Assembly: GCF_006345805.1 (NCBI RefSeq)
Contig: NC_043014.1
Location: forward strand, 4,588,001 to 4,652,000
Length of the DNA: 64,000 bases
Reading direction: 5' to 3'
Origin: Octopus sinensis
Lineage: Eukaryota
Shown piece by piece: positions 51,701 through 64,000 of this stretch; within the stretch, counting starts at the first letter, position 1; each line of letters begins with the position of its first letter. The notes beneath the pieces are model-generated. The model saw only the letters and a program-made list of their open reading frames with translations, was not told where the DNA came from and did not search any database. Made by a program: the position numbers and the translations under genes.

Positions 51701-53295
51701 CGCTATAAAAAATAAATTTTCATGCACAGCCATTGCAAGATAACAACATTGATTAAGCTTCGTGCAATGCCCATACTCGATAACGAGGGTGCAGCCACCA
51801 AGTATGTATGTATGCATGGATGGATGGATGGATGTAAGTATATATGTATGCATGTATGGATGTATGTATATATATATGTATGTGTATATGTGTCTATCGA
51901 TATATACACGCTTACATTCAAACATACATGCATGTTTACATGTATACATACATTTATGTATAAATATATGCATACATATATGTATGTATGTATGAAAGTA
52001 TGTATGCATGTATGTATGTATGTGTGTGTATGTATGTATGTTTGTATGTATGTATGTGTGTATGTATGTGTGTATGTATGTATATATATGTATATATGTG
52101 TGTGTATGTAAGTATATATGTATGGGGGTATGTATGTATGTATATATGTATGTATATACGCGAGTGTGTATGTATGCATGTATGTATGTATGTGTGTATG
52201 TATGTATGTGTGTGTGTATGTATGTATGCATGTTTGTATGTATGTATGCATGTATGTATGTATGTGTGTGTGTGTATGTATGCATGTATGTATATATGTG
52301 TGTATGTAAGTGTGTATGTATGTATATATATGTATGTATATATGTATGTATGGGTGGGTGGGAATTGGTAGGTTTTGATTTTGATATTCACATAAAACTT
52401 TTCTAACCAGATTAACGCTTGTTGTGAAGAATCCAATCCGAGCAGCGGACTTCATTAGATTAAGTCTTGCGATTACTGTGTGGGTTGAACGAAATACTTC
52501 CCACACTGAATATTAAAACAGTGTGTGAGTGTGTGTGTGTGTGTGTTTGTGTGTGTGTGTCGGTGTGTGTGTGTGTGTGTGTGTGTGTGTCAGTGTATGT
52601 GTGTGTGTGTGTCAGTGTATGTGTGTGTGTGGGAGTGTGTGTGTGCGTCAATGTGTGTGTGTGTGTCAGTGTATGTGTGTGTGTCCGTGTGTGTGCGTGT
52701 GTGTGTCAGCGTCTGTGTGTGTGTGTGTCAGTGTGTGTGTCTGTGTCAGTGTCTGTGTGTCAATGTGTATGTGTGTGCGTGAGTGTCTGTGTGTGTGTGT
52801 GTGTAAGACAATGTATCTGTGTGTGTGTGTCAGTGTGTGTGTGTCAGTGTGTGTGTGTGTGTGTGTGTGTATGCGCGTGCGTCTGTGTATTCGTCTGTTG
52901 AACGAAATACTTCCCACAATGAATATTAAAACAGTTTCCCAATAATAACAAATAAAATTAAATAAAAACATTAGTAAATAAATATATCTTAATATATCCA
53001 GAAACAGGAATCATTTCACTTTACACGTGTCTCTCATTCATCAACATATTTTGCTAATTATTGTGTGACAATATCAAACCATCTCTTTCCAATAATTAAA
53101 CCTGGCAGACAAGTTCACACCCGCTTTTACAGTTCCACCAATCGCATTGGTTCATACATTTACGATAAGATCTGGGTTGTTGTGCGCTCAATAAATACGT
53201 GGAATTCAGTTACAGGTCTTCAGCTTAAACCTCGCATCTCGATCTTTTGTTGAAGCCACACGAAGTATCACGTATGACCGACAACTGTCACCAGA

Positions 53296-53439
53296 ATGGA
53301 TTTCGCACAACTGTCCAGGAATATTTCGCAGCGTTATTCCATTTCTTCTCTCATAGCTTTTGGGGTTCTTCTCGTTCTGACGATCGTGATTCTTCATCAA
53401 GATTCAAGAATAGGAAAAATGGAGGAGAAATCGAAAACG
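53296..53439 (+). CDS. Gene C exon 1 (signal-anchor/TM), intact
   Basis: MDFAQLSRNISQRYSISSLIAFGVLLVLTIVILHQDSRIGKMEEKSKT, then ACG|GTAAGT. Confidence 0.88.
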
Positions 53440-53790
53440 GTAAGTCATGGATTTTGTGTTAATATATGTATGTCTTTATGTATTTATATATGCATGTATG
53501 TATGTATGCATTTACGTATGTATGTATTAATATGTGGATGTATGTACGTACCGATGGATGTATGGATGGACGGATGTATGCATAAACCATGTACATATGT
53601 TCCTATAGAGCACACACACACACACACATACGAACCATCACACCCGTAATCACAGAAAAACACACAGGCGCACACACCTAAACATACATATGTGTATATA
53701 CATATATATATACATATACATATATTTGTAGATATAATATACAGATATATGTATATATAAACATACATATATATGAATATATTAGTGCGT

Positions 53791-53873
<83 letters not shown>

Positions 53874-54059
53874 CAAAAACATAAATGCGGTTGTGTATAT
53901 ATCTCTCTCTCTCTATATATATATTTTGGTTTCTCTAGAAATCATTTTTTAAAGTAGAAGAAATAGCTAAGATTTTTGGCTGCTATTTCTAAACTTCGGT
54001 ATGTGGTAAAGCAAATCTTTGCTGAACTCTTTTTATTAAGTATGTATATATATATATAT

Positions 54060-54098
<39 letters not shown>

Positions 54099-54171
54099 TA
54101 TATATATATATAAATACAAACATGTATATTCGTGTGTGTATGTTACTATCTGTGTATCTTTCTCTATATAC

Positions 54172-54207
<36 letters not shown>

Positions 54208-54221
54208 CTATAAACATATTC

Positions 54222-54442
54222 TTTCACCCGTTTCAGTCATTTGACTGCGGCCATGGTAGAGCTCTGCCTTTAGTAGGACAAATCGACTTCGGCAATTATT
54301 CTTTGTAAGCCTAGTGCTCATTCTATCGGTATCTGTAGCCGAACCGCTATGTAACGGGGACGTAAACACACCGACATCACTTGAGAAGCGATAGTGGTGC
54401 GACAATCACAGACACATACATAATACATATATACATACATAC

Positions 54443-54481
<39 letters not shown>

Positions 54482-54635
54482 GCACCCCTCTTTCAGTCTC
54501 AATCTACCAAATCTACTGACGTGGCTCTGGTCAGCTCGAGTATATATTGGTAGGCATTCGTCCAATTTTCTACGCAGTGGGAGTGAACTGAATACCTTGG
54601 TGTTAAGAAGCAAGTGTCTTACCACACAGACACTG
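54222..54635 (-). mobile_element. Diverged SINE type 1 (tail-only paralog ~38745-38935)
   Basis: Reverse complement of the tail, plus a decayed head. Confidence 0.7.
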
Positions 54636-54781
54636 TAATATATATATATATATATACAGATAAAGGGGAAATATAATTAATTTAATAAAATCAAAAAATT
54701 TCACCTAGTAGTACTTCGGTATGGAAAAGGACCATATACGGTAAAAGTATATATAATTATAATAAGGGCTCTTTGCAACAT

Positions 54782-54911
54782 GTTGCTTCAACCACATACC
54801 GAAAATGTTAGAAATAGCAGTCAAAGGGCTACCGTTTCTACCATTGTTGAAATAGAATTGGTAGTCCTTTGACTGCTATTTCTAACATTTTCGGTATGTA
54901 GTTTAAGCAAC
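54782..54911. repeat. 130-bp near-perfect hairpin (52-bp arms)
   Basis: GTTGCTTCAACCACATACCGAAAATGTTAGAAATAGCAGTCAAAGGGCTACC and its reverse complement, with 3 mismatches and a 26-nt loop. Confidence 0.9.
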
Positions 54912-54932
54912 TTATTGCCAAAAACCCTTATT

Positions 54933-55006
<74 letters not shown>

Positions 55007-55601
55007 GTATGTAGAAAAATACAACATGAACAAGAACGTATAACTCTTAGAAGACGACACAATAAACATGGACAGGACATTCGAACCCCTCAGTCTTCAG
55101 TCAAGAACCGGATCATCGTAGTAATTTCGGCTGATTAATCTTGAGATTACTAGATCACGGCCAGCCCTCCAAGAAAAACTAAGCAACGAGCATTAGAAAA
55201 ACTAAGCTGGAAGCGTAGATTTCCTGGAAGAAGGATCGAATGCATACGAACACCAGGACAGCAAAAGGGACAGATATAAAAAACACAAAAAACAATAATG
55301 GAATACAGAAACATGAAATACAGAAGCATTAACGGTGAAAACAACAAGTGTCTTACGACTGATAACAAGCAAACAAATTTTTTCTCTGGCGCATTGGAAG
55401 AAGCCTTTATAGCGGCGGACGAAAAACAACGATGTTAACACGACGAGGGTCAGGAGCTGAAAGGCAGATTTCGGCCAACAGAAAAGAAAGAGAGAGCGGA
55501 GGGACAAAACGCAACAAAGAGAGAGAAGAGAGAGAAAGAAGGGATCAGAGAGGAGAAGGGATGGGTGTCGAAGAATGACCTGTGAGTGCAGAGCGAGACA
55601 A

Positions 55602-55654
<53 letters not shown>

Positions 55655-55708
55655 CGCTCGGTCTGAGAATCGAAAGCGCGATCCTACGACCACTAGGCCA
55701 TTGTACCT

Positions 55709-55759
<51 letters not shown>

Positions 55760-55816
55760 CATATCATATATACATACACACATATATAGTTACGTATGTA
55801 TATACATACATATCTA

Positions 55817-55869
<53 letters not shown>

Positions 55870-56621
55870 ATATGGATATATATGTATGTATTAATATATA
55901 CATATACACACACCCCAAGAAAACTCAAAGAAGGGTGGAATTGTACTCCTGTCCGATCGCTCTTTCACCAGACATTATCCTGGAGAGGGAAATAAGTGCG
56001 TAATGAAAAAAATCTAATGGTGGGGTTCTAGCATGGCCATGCCCTGTCGCTGCAACTTTTAGCCCTATTAATATTAGTGTTAAGTATTATATCTAGATGT
56101 ACACTTGCACACACGCACAGAAACAGACACATACAAACACACACACGCACACATAGGAATACGTACATATTTACACACATTTATCTATTTCTCTCCATCA
56201 GGAACGGAAGTGAGGCGAGTTTTTTTAATCTTTTCTTTCCAACTGAAAATAAAACGTGCGAGTGCCAATGTAGATCGGTGAATTTCGTAATGTTTGACTG
56301 TAATTCACGTTGGTTTTTATATATGACAATATGTAAGAACGAATGTAAATACATACACACAGACACACGGACAAACATACGCACAAATAAACACAAACAC
56401 ACACACATACGCACGCACACAGACACACGTGCTCAATTGTACACGAAGAACCACACTATACAGTGTATGTCCACTCACATATATGTGTGCGTTTGTGTGT
56501 GTGTATGCGTATAAGTAGATACGTATATTTGTGATATTTATGGTGTGTATGCTTCAGTGTACGTGCATACGTATATTTCGATATGTATTTATATATGTGT
56601 GATGTGTGGGGGGGGGGGAGA

Positions 56622-56895
56622 GGCGCAGTGGCCCAGTGGTTCGGGCAGCGGACTCATGGTTGTCGGATCGCGGTTTCGATTCCCAGACTGGGCGTTGTGA
56701 GTGTTTAATGCTCCACGAGGCTCAGGGAATTGGGTTGTGTTGATCTCTGCTGTACTCTTTCGCTACAACTTTCTCCCTTTCTTCTGTTGGCCTGCTCGCT
56801 TAACCAGCGGGATGGCGTCATTTGAAGGCTAAAACAACGCGAAGCGCATTGTGACTAGCGATATGTAGCAACAACTGGTCTGTGACGGTGATCAC
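56622..56895 (+). mobile_element. tRNA-derived SINE type 3
   Basis: GGCGCAGTGGCCCAGTGG...GGTTTCGATTCCC head; CGGTGATCACGG tail. Confidence 0.82.
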
Positions 56896-58041
56896 GGAGA
56901 TATATGCATCATACGCACACAATACACACACACACACATACACACGTACATACACACACACCAGCACAGATGCCCACATATACCTTTAACGAACAATACT
57001 CATACAGATACGCACACACTTATACACACATGGGCAGAGACACACACGCATATACACGTACTTAAGCGCACACACGCACGCACATTACTCCCACACAACT
57101 CCAGAAAAACCCAAACACACACGCATGTACAAATTCAGATACACACCGATACATATACATACACAATATATGCCTACACGCACACACATACACATCCGTA
57201 TACACATATAGACAGAGACACACACACACACACGCACGTAAAAACATGCGCACACATACGCACGTACACGCGCACATTAATGCACACACCGAAAACTCAC
57301 AACCCCACGGATACACGCATATACACCCATATACACTTACACACACACATACAAACGCAGACGTACATGCACACACGCACATACGAGACGCACGCACATA
57401 CATACACACACACACAAATGAACCCACACATACGTCCCATACACACGGCACACAATAATACATACACGCACACAATTATAGATACATGTATACACACATA
57501 CGCACGTACAAGCACAAACGCACACATACTTCAAACTAGCAGTACCTACTACTTGACCTGTGGTAGAGACAAAAGGAGCCACGCCCAATTCCTTCTTCCT
57601 TGACCTTAACACTACTAACCCTACAACACGCAAAGTTTAACAGCCACAACCACACACACGCACACATACACACACACGTGTCATCATTGCACACATACAC
57701 ACATACACACACACGGATATGCAGACCTCCGCAAACGCACATATCCACACTTACACACACATTCCTCCTCCTCTACCAATCTCCTGTCTTTGAAAGAACT
57801 TTTCTTCACCCATTTCCTTCCGGTCATTCAAAATGTGACCGCGTGTGTACCGTTGGCGATTTCTTTCCTCTGTCTTCCCTCCTCTGGATCTTTCCACGTC
57901 GTATGTTTCCGAGCAAGAGCTCCGCTCGAAACGTTGATCCCTCCTTCTTTCCTTCTTTCCTGAGCGTCTAATAATACTATATTAGTTCCACGTCCTCACG
58001 TGGCTGTGTTCTTTGTGCTTTCCTGTTTGGATTAAATTAAA

Positions 58042-58082
<41 letters not shown>

Positions 58083-58151
58083 TAGATAGATAGATATATA
58101 TATATATGTAGAAATATGAGTGTGCATATGTGTGTGTGTGTGTGTGTGTTT

Positions 58152-58770
58152 ACTAGCAGAAATACCCGGCATTGCTGGGGACAACAATGGCAAAGTTGGT
58201 ATATAATATATTCCAGTCATTTTGAAACAGGTGATATGGGAAAGTGCAACATTGACAACAAAACATTTGTAGAGTAAATGCTGGGCTAATTCGACTAAGC
58301 AACATGCTATGCGTCCGTTTGGAGTGTTTCAGGCCCTAACCTGTCATGCAAAATTGGAGGTGGGGTTTGTGTGATTTTTGAACGCACCGAAAAGCTGTAA
58401 GTGGATATACTCTCCTTTGCAGCAGTGTGCGCTGTGTCTAACACGACACATCATCGGAAATTTTAACACCTCACGCCGGGTTTCTTGTCCTACATCACTC
58501 ATAGAGTAAATTTGGAGGAACTGTGGTTGTTCGCTCGCAGGTACCAGGGAACCAATGAGGGGATAGACTTGCCATTGAACTTTGACGTCGGCGTAAATTC
58601 ATGTTTATCTAACTTCTTAGATTCGCCAAACGATGTCATTTGAAATGCAAAGTTGTATTGTCTGATATTGTTCAGAAAATCCTTTGACTGGATTGAGGCA
58701 CCTTCTAGAAGATTTCTAAAGGGTTGAGATGGTAGTGTTGGCAATGATTCCTGTCCGTACATGTTGTCAT
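58152..58770 (-). mobile_element. Helitron remnant with canonical 3' terminus (copy C)
   Basis: The minus strand reads CCCAGCAATGCCGGG (hairpin), TATTTCTG, CTAG, T. It also encodes NNIRQYNFAFQMTSFG. Confidence 0.8.
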
Positions 58771-58851
58771 CTATCGCATTGTTTTAAGTTCTAAACGATA
58801 ATAAATACCTTGAAGTTCTATTTATATGATGCTATTTCTATTTTTTCACAG

Positions 58852-58903
58852 AACCGTTTCATCTGCAAGAAATCTCTCGACGATAAACCTGATGACACAC
58901 CAA
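58852..58903 (+). CDS. Gene C exon 2 (NRFICKKSLDDKPDDTP)
   Basis: TTTTTTCACAG|AACCGT...CCAA|GTAAG. Confidence 0.75.
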
Positions 58904-61736
58904 GTAAGAACTAATTTTATAGCTAAAGTCTTTTACCCGTGACTCCTTAACTAATGATTTATAATTTCACAAACTTTGAATTATTCCACATTACTATCCA
59001 TATGTCCACAATAATATATACTGAGGCACTTGCCTGAATTTATTTCAAAATATGTTCCACTTTACAATAATTTCTTAAATAAAATTTTACTCTAATATAC
59101 TATGACATTTAATGAGTGTATATGAGTACATATCCCGTGCTACGTCGAGAATTGTTACTGCCCGCAAGGTGCTCCCGAGGGTGCTCTTCGCCGAGTGTCC
59201 GAGGCGGCCGGTATGTTCACTGTGCACAAATTAGAGTGATCTGAGCGAGCCCCACCGGCTTGCATACGAAAAGCATGGAATGCCCTCTTCATCTGAGAAT
59301 CAAATGCCCGAGCTGCTGCTTGACTGCGTTTATATCTACGATTCAGCATTCTGTCCACTCTTGTGCTTGCAATCGTCCGTTAATAGAGACCCGAAATAAT
59401 TATGTTCCACTTTCCTACACAGTGCGTATTTGTCAATCCTGGCTTGGGGTACTCGGCAGCCAACAAATTCGGTGTACGTTGTTAGTGACCATCAGACGAA
59501 TCAGGTCGCAGCATGTCATCTACAAATAACAGTCGACCGATCACGTAGAGATGAATTGGGATACCTCTACCACAATGGCTGAGCATATTCAACCAGATCA
59601 CAAAAAAGAATGTGAGAAGGGGCACTAACAATGCACACTTCAACTAAGTGAAACCTTCATGATGGAAACTTTCGACTTTTACATAAATACAAACATTTGA
59701 ACATCCATATAAGTTCTTTATGGCAAACAGTATTTGAACATTAAACTCACCTTCCTTGTAAACCATCCACAACATACCTCAGGGCACGTGATCATGTGCC
59801 TTTTCGTGGTTTACAGCGTATAAACCTTGGAAATGCCTCAACGTTTGCTGGAAAATCTGTCTTTGAACGACTAAATGGTCGGGTGTTCCACGTCCCGCAG
59901 AGTAATCTTGAGCGCGACAATTTCCCTACATATCTTTTCCTGACATCTAGTGTAGACTTTTCTATAATTAGAAAACACTCTTTGGTCTCAATTTGAAAAA
60001 GTTATGATTGTCACCCCATATTACCATTGCCTTGGTGTTTATTCCAGAGGTCCCATCAACCTAGCATACATGGGTCACTCAGAGAATACCATCTGTATTT
60101 AAGGTTTCTAAAATATCAAGCCGAACGTGCTTTTCACCAGCAGCTTTATCACTTTTAAGTGATTTTAGCTCAAATAAGCGTCCAACCGAAGAAGAACCTG
60201 CCGAAAATAATAATACAATCACGAATCCATTTCGATGTCCAAGTTCATTCAGCGGGGTCACTCTCAATTTGGATGCAAAAGTCTCCACAATTTTGTTTCT
60301 GATCCCAGCATCCACTGCAGCTTCCAACTGTATTCTGTAGGTCGCACTGGATTTACCATTTTCCAGTGTTCGGCAGACTGTGGGAATTTTCAGGTTTTCA
60401 GACAATTAGGTAGTGACGAGTTGACAACTCCACCCCTTCCTTTTACCCGAACGTTCAGCAAAGAGTGAAACATGACAGAAATCTATCAAAAACCTCTGTC
60501 ACCAAGTATTTCTATGCCAGGCACCCTTATAAATATCCCTGTCTTAAAATAATATCTATACCATTGAGAGGTGAGTGTGTATTCTGCACAGAATGATGCT
60601 ATGACCTCTCCATTAAGTTCACTGACGACATTCCTTCCAATCAATCCTTCTCACGGTTATCAATGCCAAGGTGTGCACTGCAGTCTCCTTGCAGGACAAA
60701 TGACTTTACCCCAAATATATCTAAAGCTGAGGTGAATTTGCTTAGGAAGGATATGTATTTGACCCCGCTGTTTGCTGCATATACTTTCAACAGCCACAGT
60801 GGTCCTTCATATTCAGCCTTAGCTTCAAGTGGTGAACCCTCACACCTAGTCGGTTTCATTCCATAATACAATCCGAAAGCTGTGGATTGAGAGTATCCTA
60901 ATCCCACCTGTGCAGACATTGTTGGCACCACAGTTGCGTAGTGGAGTTTCAAGCCTATATCCAAGTGTACGCAATCGGAGATAGGAAATTTTGTAGAGGA
61001 GACACATATATCTTACAGGCAGATTATTATCTAACAATTTTGACGTTTTAATTCTCAATTATTAAAGGTTGTTCCCTTCTTGATCTGCTTCGGTTTCCTG
61101 AGACCGTCATTTTGTGCTCCCACCCTTTGCACCCCAGATTAATTTGCAGGCTTCTTGCTGGTTGCACCGGTATTCGGTGGGGTGTGCTATACATTTATCC
61201 AACGGACTCCTTTACTCGAGATCCGGATGCGATGTCTCTTAACGAAATCGACAAATGATGTGGTATGGCTGTTATTATCGTATTGTTGTTATGATGGCCT
61301 TATTTGCGCCGAGCTCCAAACTGATATTTGTAATTGACCGATGAATATTCGCAACTGGCGAATATTTTATCAATATTCTATTGAGTTTTATCATAATTCT
61401 ATTGAGAAGTATATATACTCATACCCAAGTTTACGTATCATACATACATCCGTTCATAGCGGAGACCGATACACATTCTGATATTCTGAGATTAATCTCT
61501 CAAATCTTCGACATCAACGTCACCAACAGGCTCAACAGACAAATGTCTTTTTTCTTTCTTTACAATTTATTCTTATTATTTACATCTTTCGTTCTGACTT
61601 TCATTCATTCACTCGTTCTTTCTTAAATTCTATATTTCTCTCTTCTCCATCAATTCCTTCCCATCCAACAATCTACTTTGTAAATGATCCCCCAATTCTT
61701 TCTTTTAAACTACATTATTTCATTTTAATTTTGCAG

Positions 61737-61811
61737 AACCCGGTCTCGGATCATTGTATACCCGGTGGGGCAGAACAACTTGTCCTCCTTATTCAAGCCT
61801 TGTATATGACG
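61737..61811 (+). CDS. Gene C exon 3 (PGLGSLYTRWGRTTCPPYSSLVYD)
   Basis: TTTTGCAG|AA...GACG|GTTAGT. Confidence 0.88.
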
Positions 61812-63230
61812 GTTAGTATACTTTATATTTCTCACCTCCCATTCTCTTTTAGTCACCCCTCTTTCTCTCTCACCCTCTCTCTCACACACTTGTACACACA
61901 CACACACACTTTCTCGGGTTGTCTGACATAAACATTCTCAAATCCTTTTATGACATGTCACGTTTCAAACGTCTATACCTGTAGACTATACAGACACTAC
62001 ACAAGACTGCTTACTCCTTTGTAGGTATTTGGTCAAATCAGAATTTTAAATGTTGTCTACTACAGACCAAGTGAAAATGATGTTGTCTACTACGGACCAA
62101 GTGAAAATGATGTTGTCTAACCACAGAATATAGATATCTCCATGTTAAATTAGAGGCAGGTGCTGGACGAAAAAACCACCATGGCGATCAAGAATTTCAG
62201 GCTGACCAGCCTTGGATTGTAGATATCAAATACCGAGGCTGCTAACTGGTGATCAATTGTACAGGCTACGGATGGAGGTATTGTATGTGAGTGACCAGAG
62301 CAGAAAAGTGGCCACTTGACTATCTTTAACTAGAGTGCCCAATGATCGTAGGTGTGGGCTAAATTGAATAGAGTCTCTTAGAATTGATGACAGTGACTGT
62401 AAATGGTTAATGGAATGAACGTACAATGTAGAATGAGGACTGGACAAGCCACATACTGTAACTGATGGAAAAAGCTAAGGACTTTATTCATTAAGTAAAA
62501 TAGAGAGAGACTAAATATTAGTGAGAGAACACAACAGAGTACAGAATGCACTTCTATTCTTCTCCGCCTCACCGAAATCGTCCTATTGCTTTAACCTTGC
62601 TCTTTTCATGCACCACATCACCTCATTAATTATTCAGTATATCTTTGTAAGGTAATTCCGAAACTTCCCATTCAAATCTGCTGCTTCAAACTGCGTCCCC
62701 AATCAACCTAACATTCCTTAAAAATGCTCTGAATCTGCTCTCTATAAATCCTACACGTATCATTTATCGATCGCCGACTCCGCCGTCCATTCATCTTAAG
62801 CTCTACGCCATCACTGAACCTCTCGATTTTTCCTCCCACCTCGTTTCTGTGTATTGCATGAAAAAAAGTCTGTGTGATCATAACGTCTATGTAAGCCTGA
62901 TTCGTCCGAGTCTAAACGAGAGGTTTAGCCACTGACTCTCGTATGATCGACTAAACAACATTTCATCGACGGTTACCCACCACTTCTCTGCATCTCGTCG
63001 TCTCCCGTATTGTCCTACTCAAACCTCCTACAATTTCCACCACCCAAAATATCCCCGTTCACACGTGAACATCTTTTCCATTTCGGATAAACACGAGTGC
63101 ATGGGTTATAAAATATCTTTCTTTTTCTCCATCTGTTGACATCCACCGAAAAACACCTACCCCATGCAAACATACATAATAAACCACATAACAGCCACAA
63201 GTTGGTACCCGTATACACTCAACATATATA

Positions 63231-63300
<70 letters not shown>

Positions 63301-63302
<2 letters not shown>

Positions 63303-63710
63303 CGCAGGAGTGGCGGTGTGGTAAGTAGCTTGCTTACCAACCACATGGTTCCGGGTTCAGTCCCACTGTGTTGCATCTTGGGCAAGTGTCTTCTGCAATA
63401 GCCTCGGGCCGACCAATGCATTGTGAGTGGATTTGGTAGACGGAAACTGAAAGTAGCCTGTCGAATATATGTATATATATATATTTGTGTATGTGTATAT
63501 GTTTGTGTGTCTGTGTTTGTCCCCCCACCATCGCTTGACAAACGATGCTGGTGTGTTTACGTCCCCGTTTCTTAGCGGTTCGGCAAAAAGTGATCGATAG
63601 AATAAGTACTGGGCTTACAAATAATAATTCCCGGGGTCGATATGCTCGACTGAAGGCGGTGCTCTAGCATGGCCGCTGTCAAATGACTGAAACAAGTAAA
63701 AGAAAAAAAG
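63301..63710 (+). mobile_element. tRNA-derived SINE type 1
   Basis: Full head and tail; same site as 33099. Confidence 0.92.
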
Positions 63711-63726
63711 AGTATATATATATATG

Positions 63727-63760
<34 letters not shown>

Positions 63761-63978
63761 TACATATGATGAGAAGGCAAATGCACAGCTACGTTCTCAA
63801 GCTTTCAGCAACACACAGCTTACACTCACATAAACACTAACATATATACACCACAATTCGTTCACACGTGATTAAACATGACTTCTTTTAAGTGAAAAAT
63901 TGTAATGAATATTTCCGTTATTTCATTTATAATTTTGCTTAACATCTTTTTTACTTGATTTATTCTTAACAATTCAAG

Positions 63979-64000
63979 GTGTGGCTGGTGGACAATTTTA
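63979..64000 (+). CDS. Gene C exon 4, start only (GVAGGQF...), cut by the window edge
   Basis: TTCAAG|GTGTGGCTGGTGGACAATTT, homologous to 33739 and 48241. Confidence 0.75.

Noticed and set aside
55085-55125. Hammerhead on the minus strand (CTGAAGAC...CGAATGTC)
   Set aside because: The GAAA core is broken and I could not form convincing stems I and II.

Overview
Eukaryotic, AT-rich, microsatellite-dense DNA. The SINE families, the (TA)n/(TATG)n/(CA)n load and the very GC-rich 28S expansion segments suggest a coleoid cephalopod, probably Octopus (inference). 1-7.2 kb is a disrupted rDNA piece on the minus strand: a ~2.5-kb 28S fragment stops at the R2 target site, followed by a 1.7-kb degenerate R2-like insert, 43 bp more of 28S, and then ~21 copies of a 140-bp satellite. 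11.7-64 kb is a tandem cluster (period ~15 kb) of a 4-exon plus-strand gene, which I reconstructed from GT-AG sites and exon phases. It encodes a ~255-aa protein with an N-terminal membrane anchor and a short-chain-collagen-C4-like (NC1-related) domain, without a collagen helix. Copy A is a fusion of two units and has two alternative exon 2s. Copy B has a TAA stop directly followed by ATG in exon 1. Copy C runs off the end of the window. The introns hold a Penelope-like element, two head-to-tail HERO/NeSL pieces, a truncated and a nearly intact Tx1 LINE, Helitron and RTE remnants and three tRNA-derived SINE types. The most unusual signals are: five consecutive hairpins with different stems but the same G-GAAAGA-C loop ahead of the HERO ORF; a ~43-nt 3' tail shared by a SINE and the Tx1 LINEs; a ~100-bp target-site duplication around that SINE; a hammerhead ribozyme whose predicted cleavage site is exactly where a nearby 195-bp inverted copy begins; and clustered amino-acid changes between the gene paralogs. 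All family assignments come from motif recognition by eye; no searches were run.
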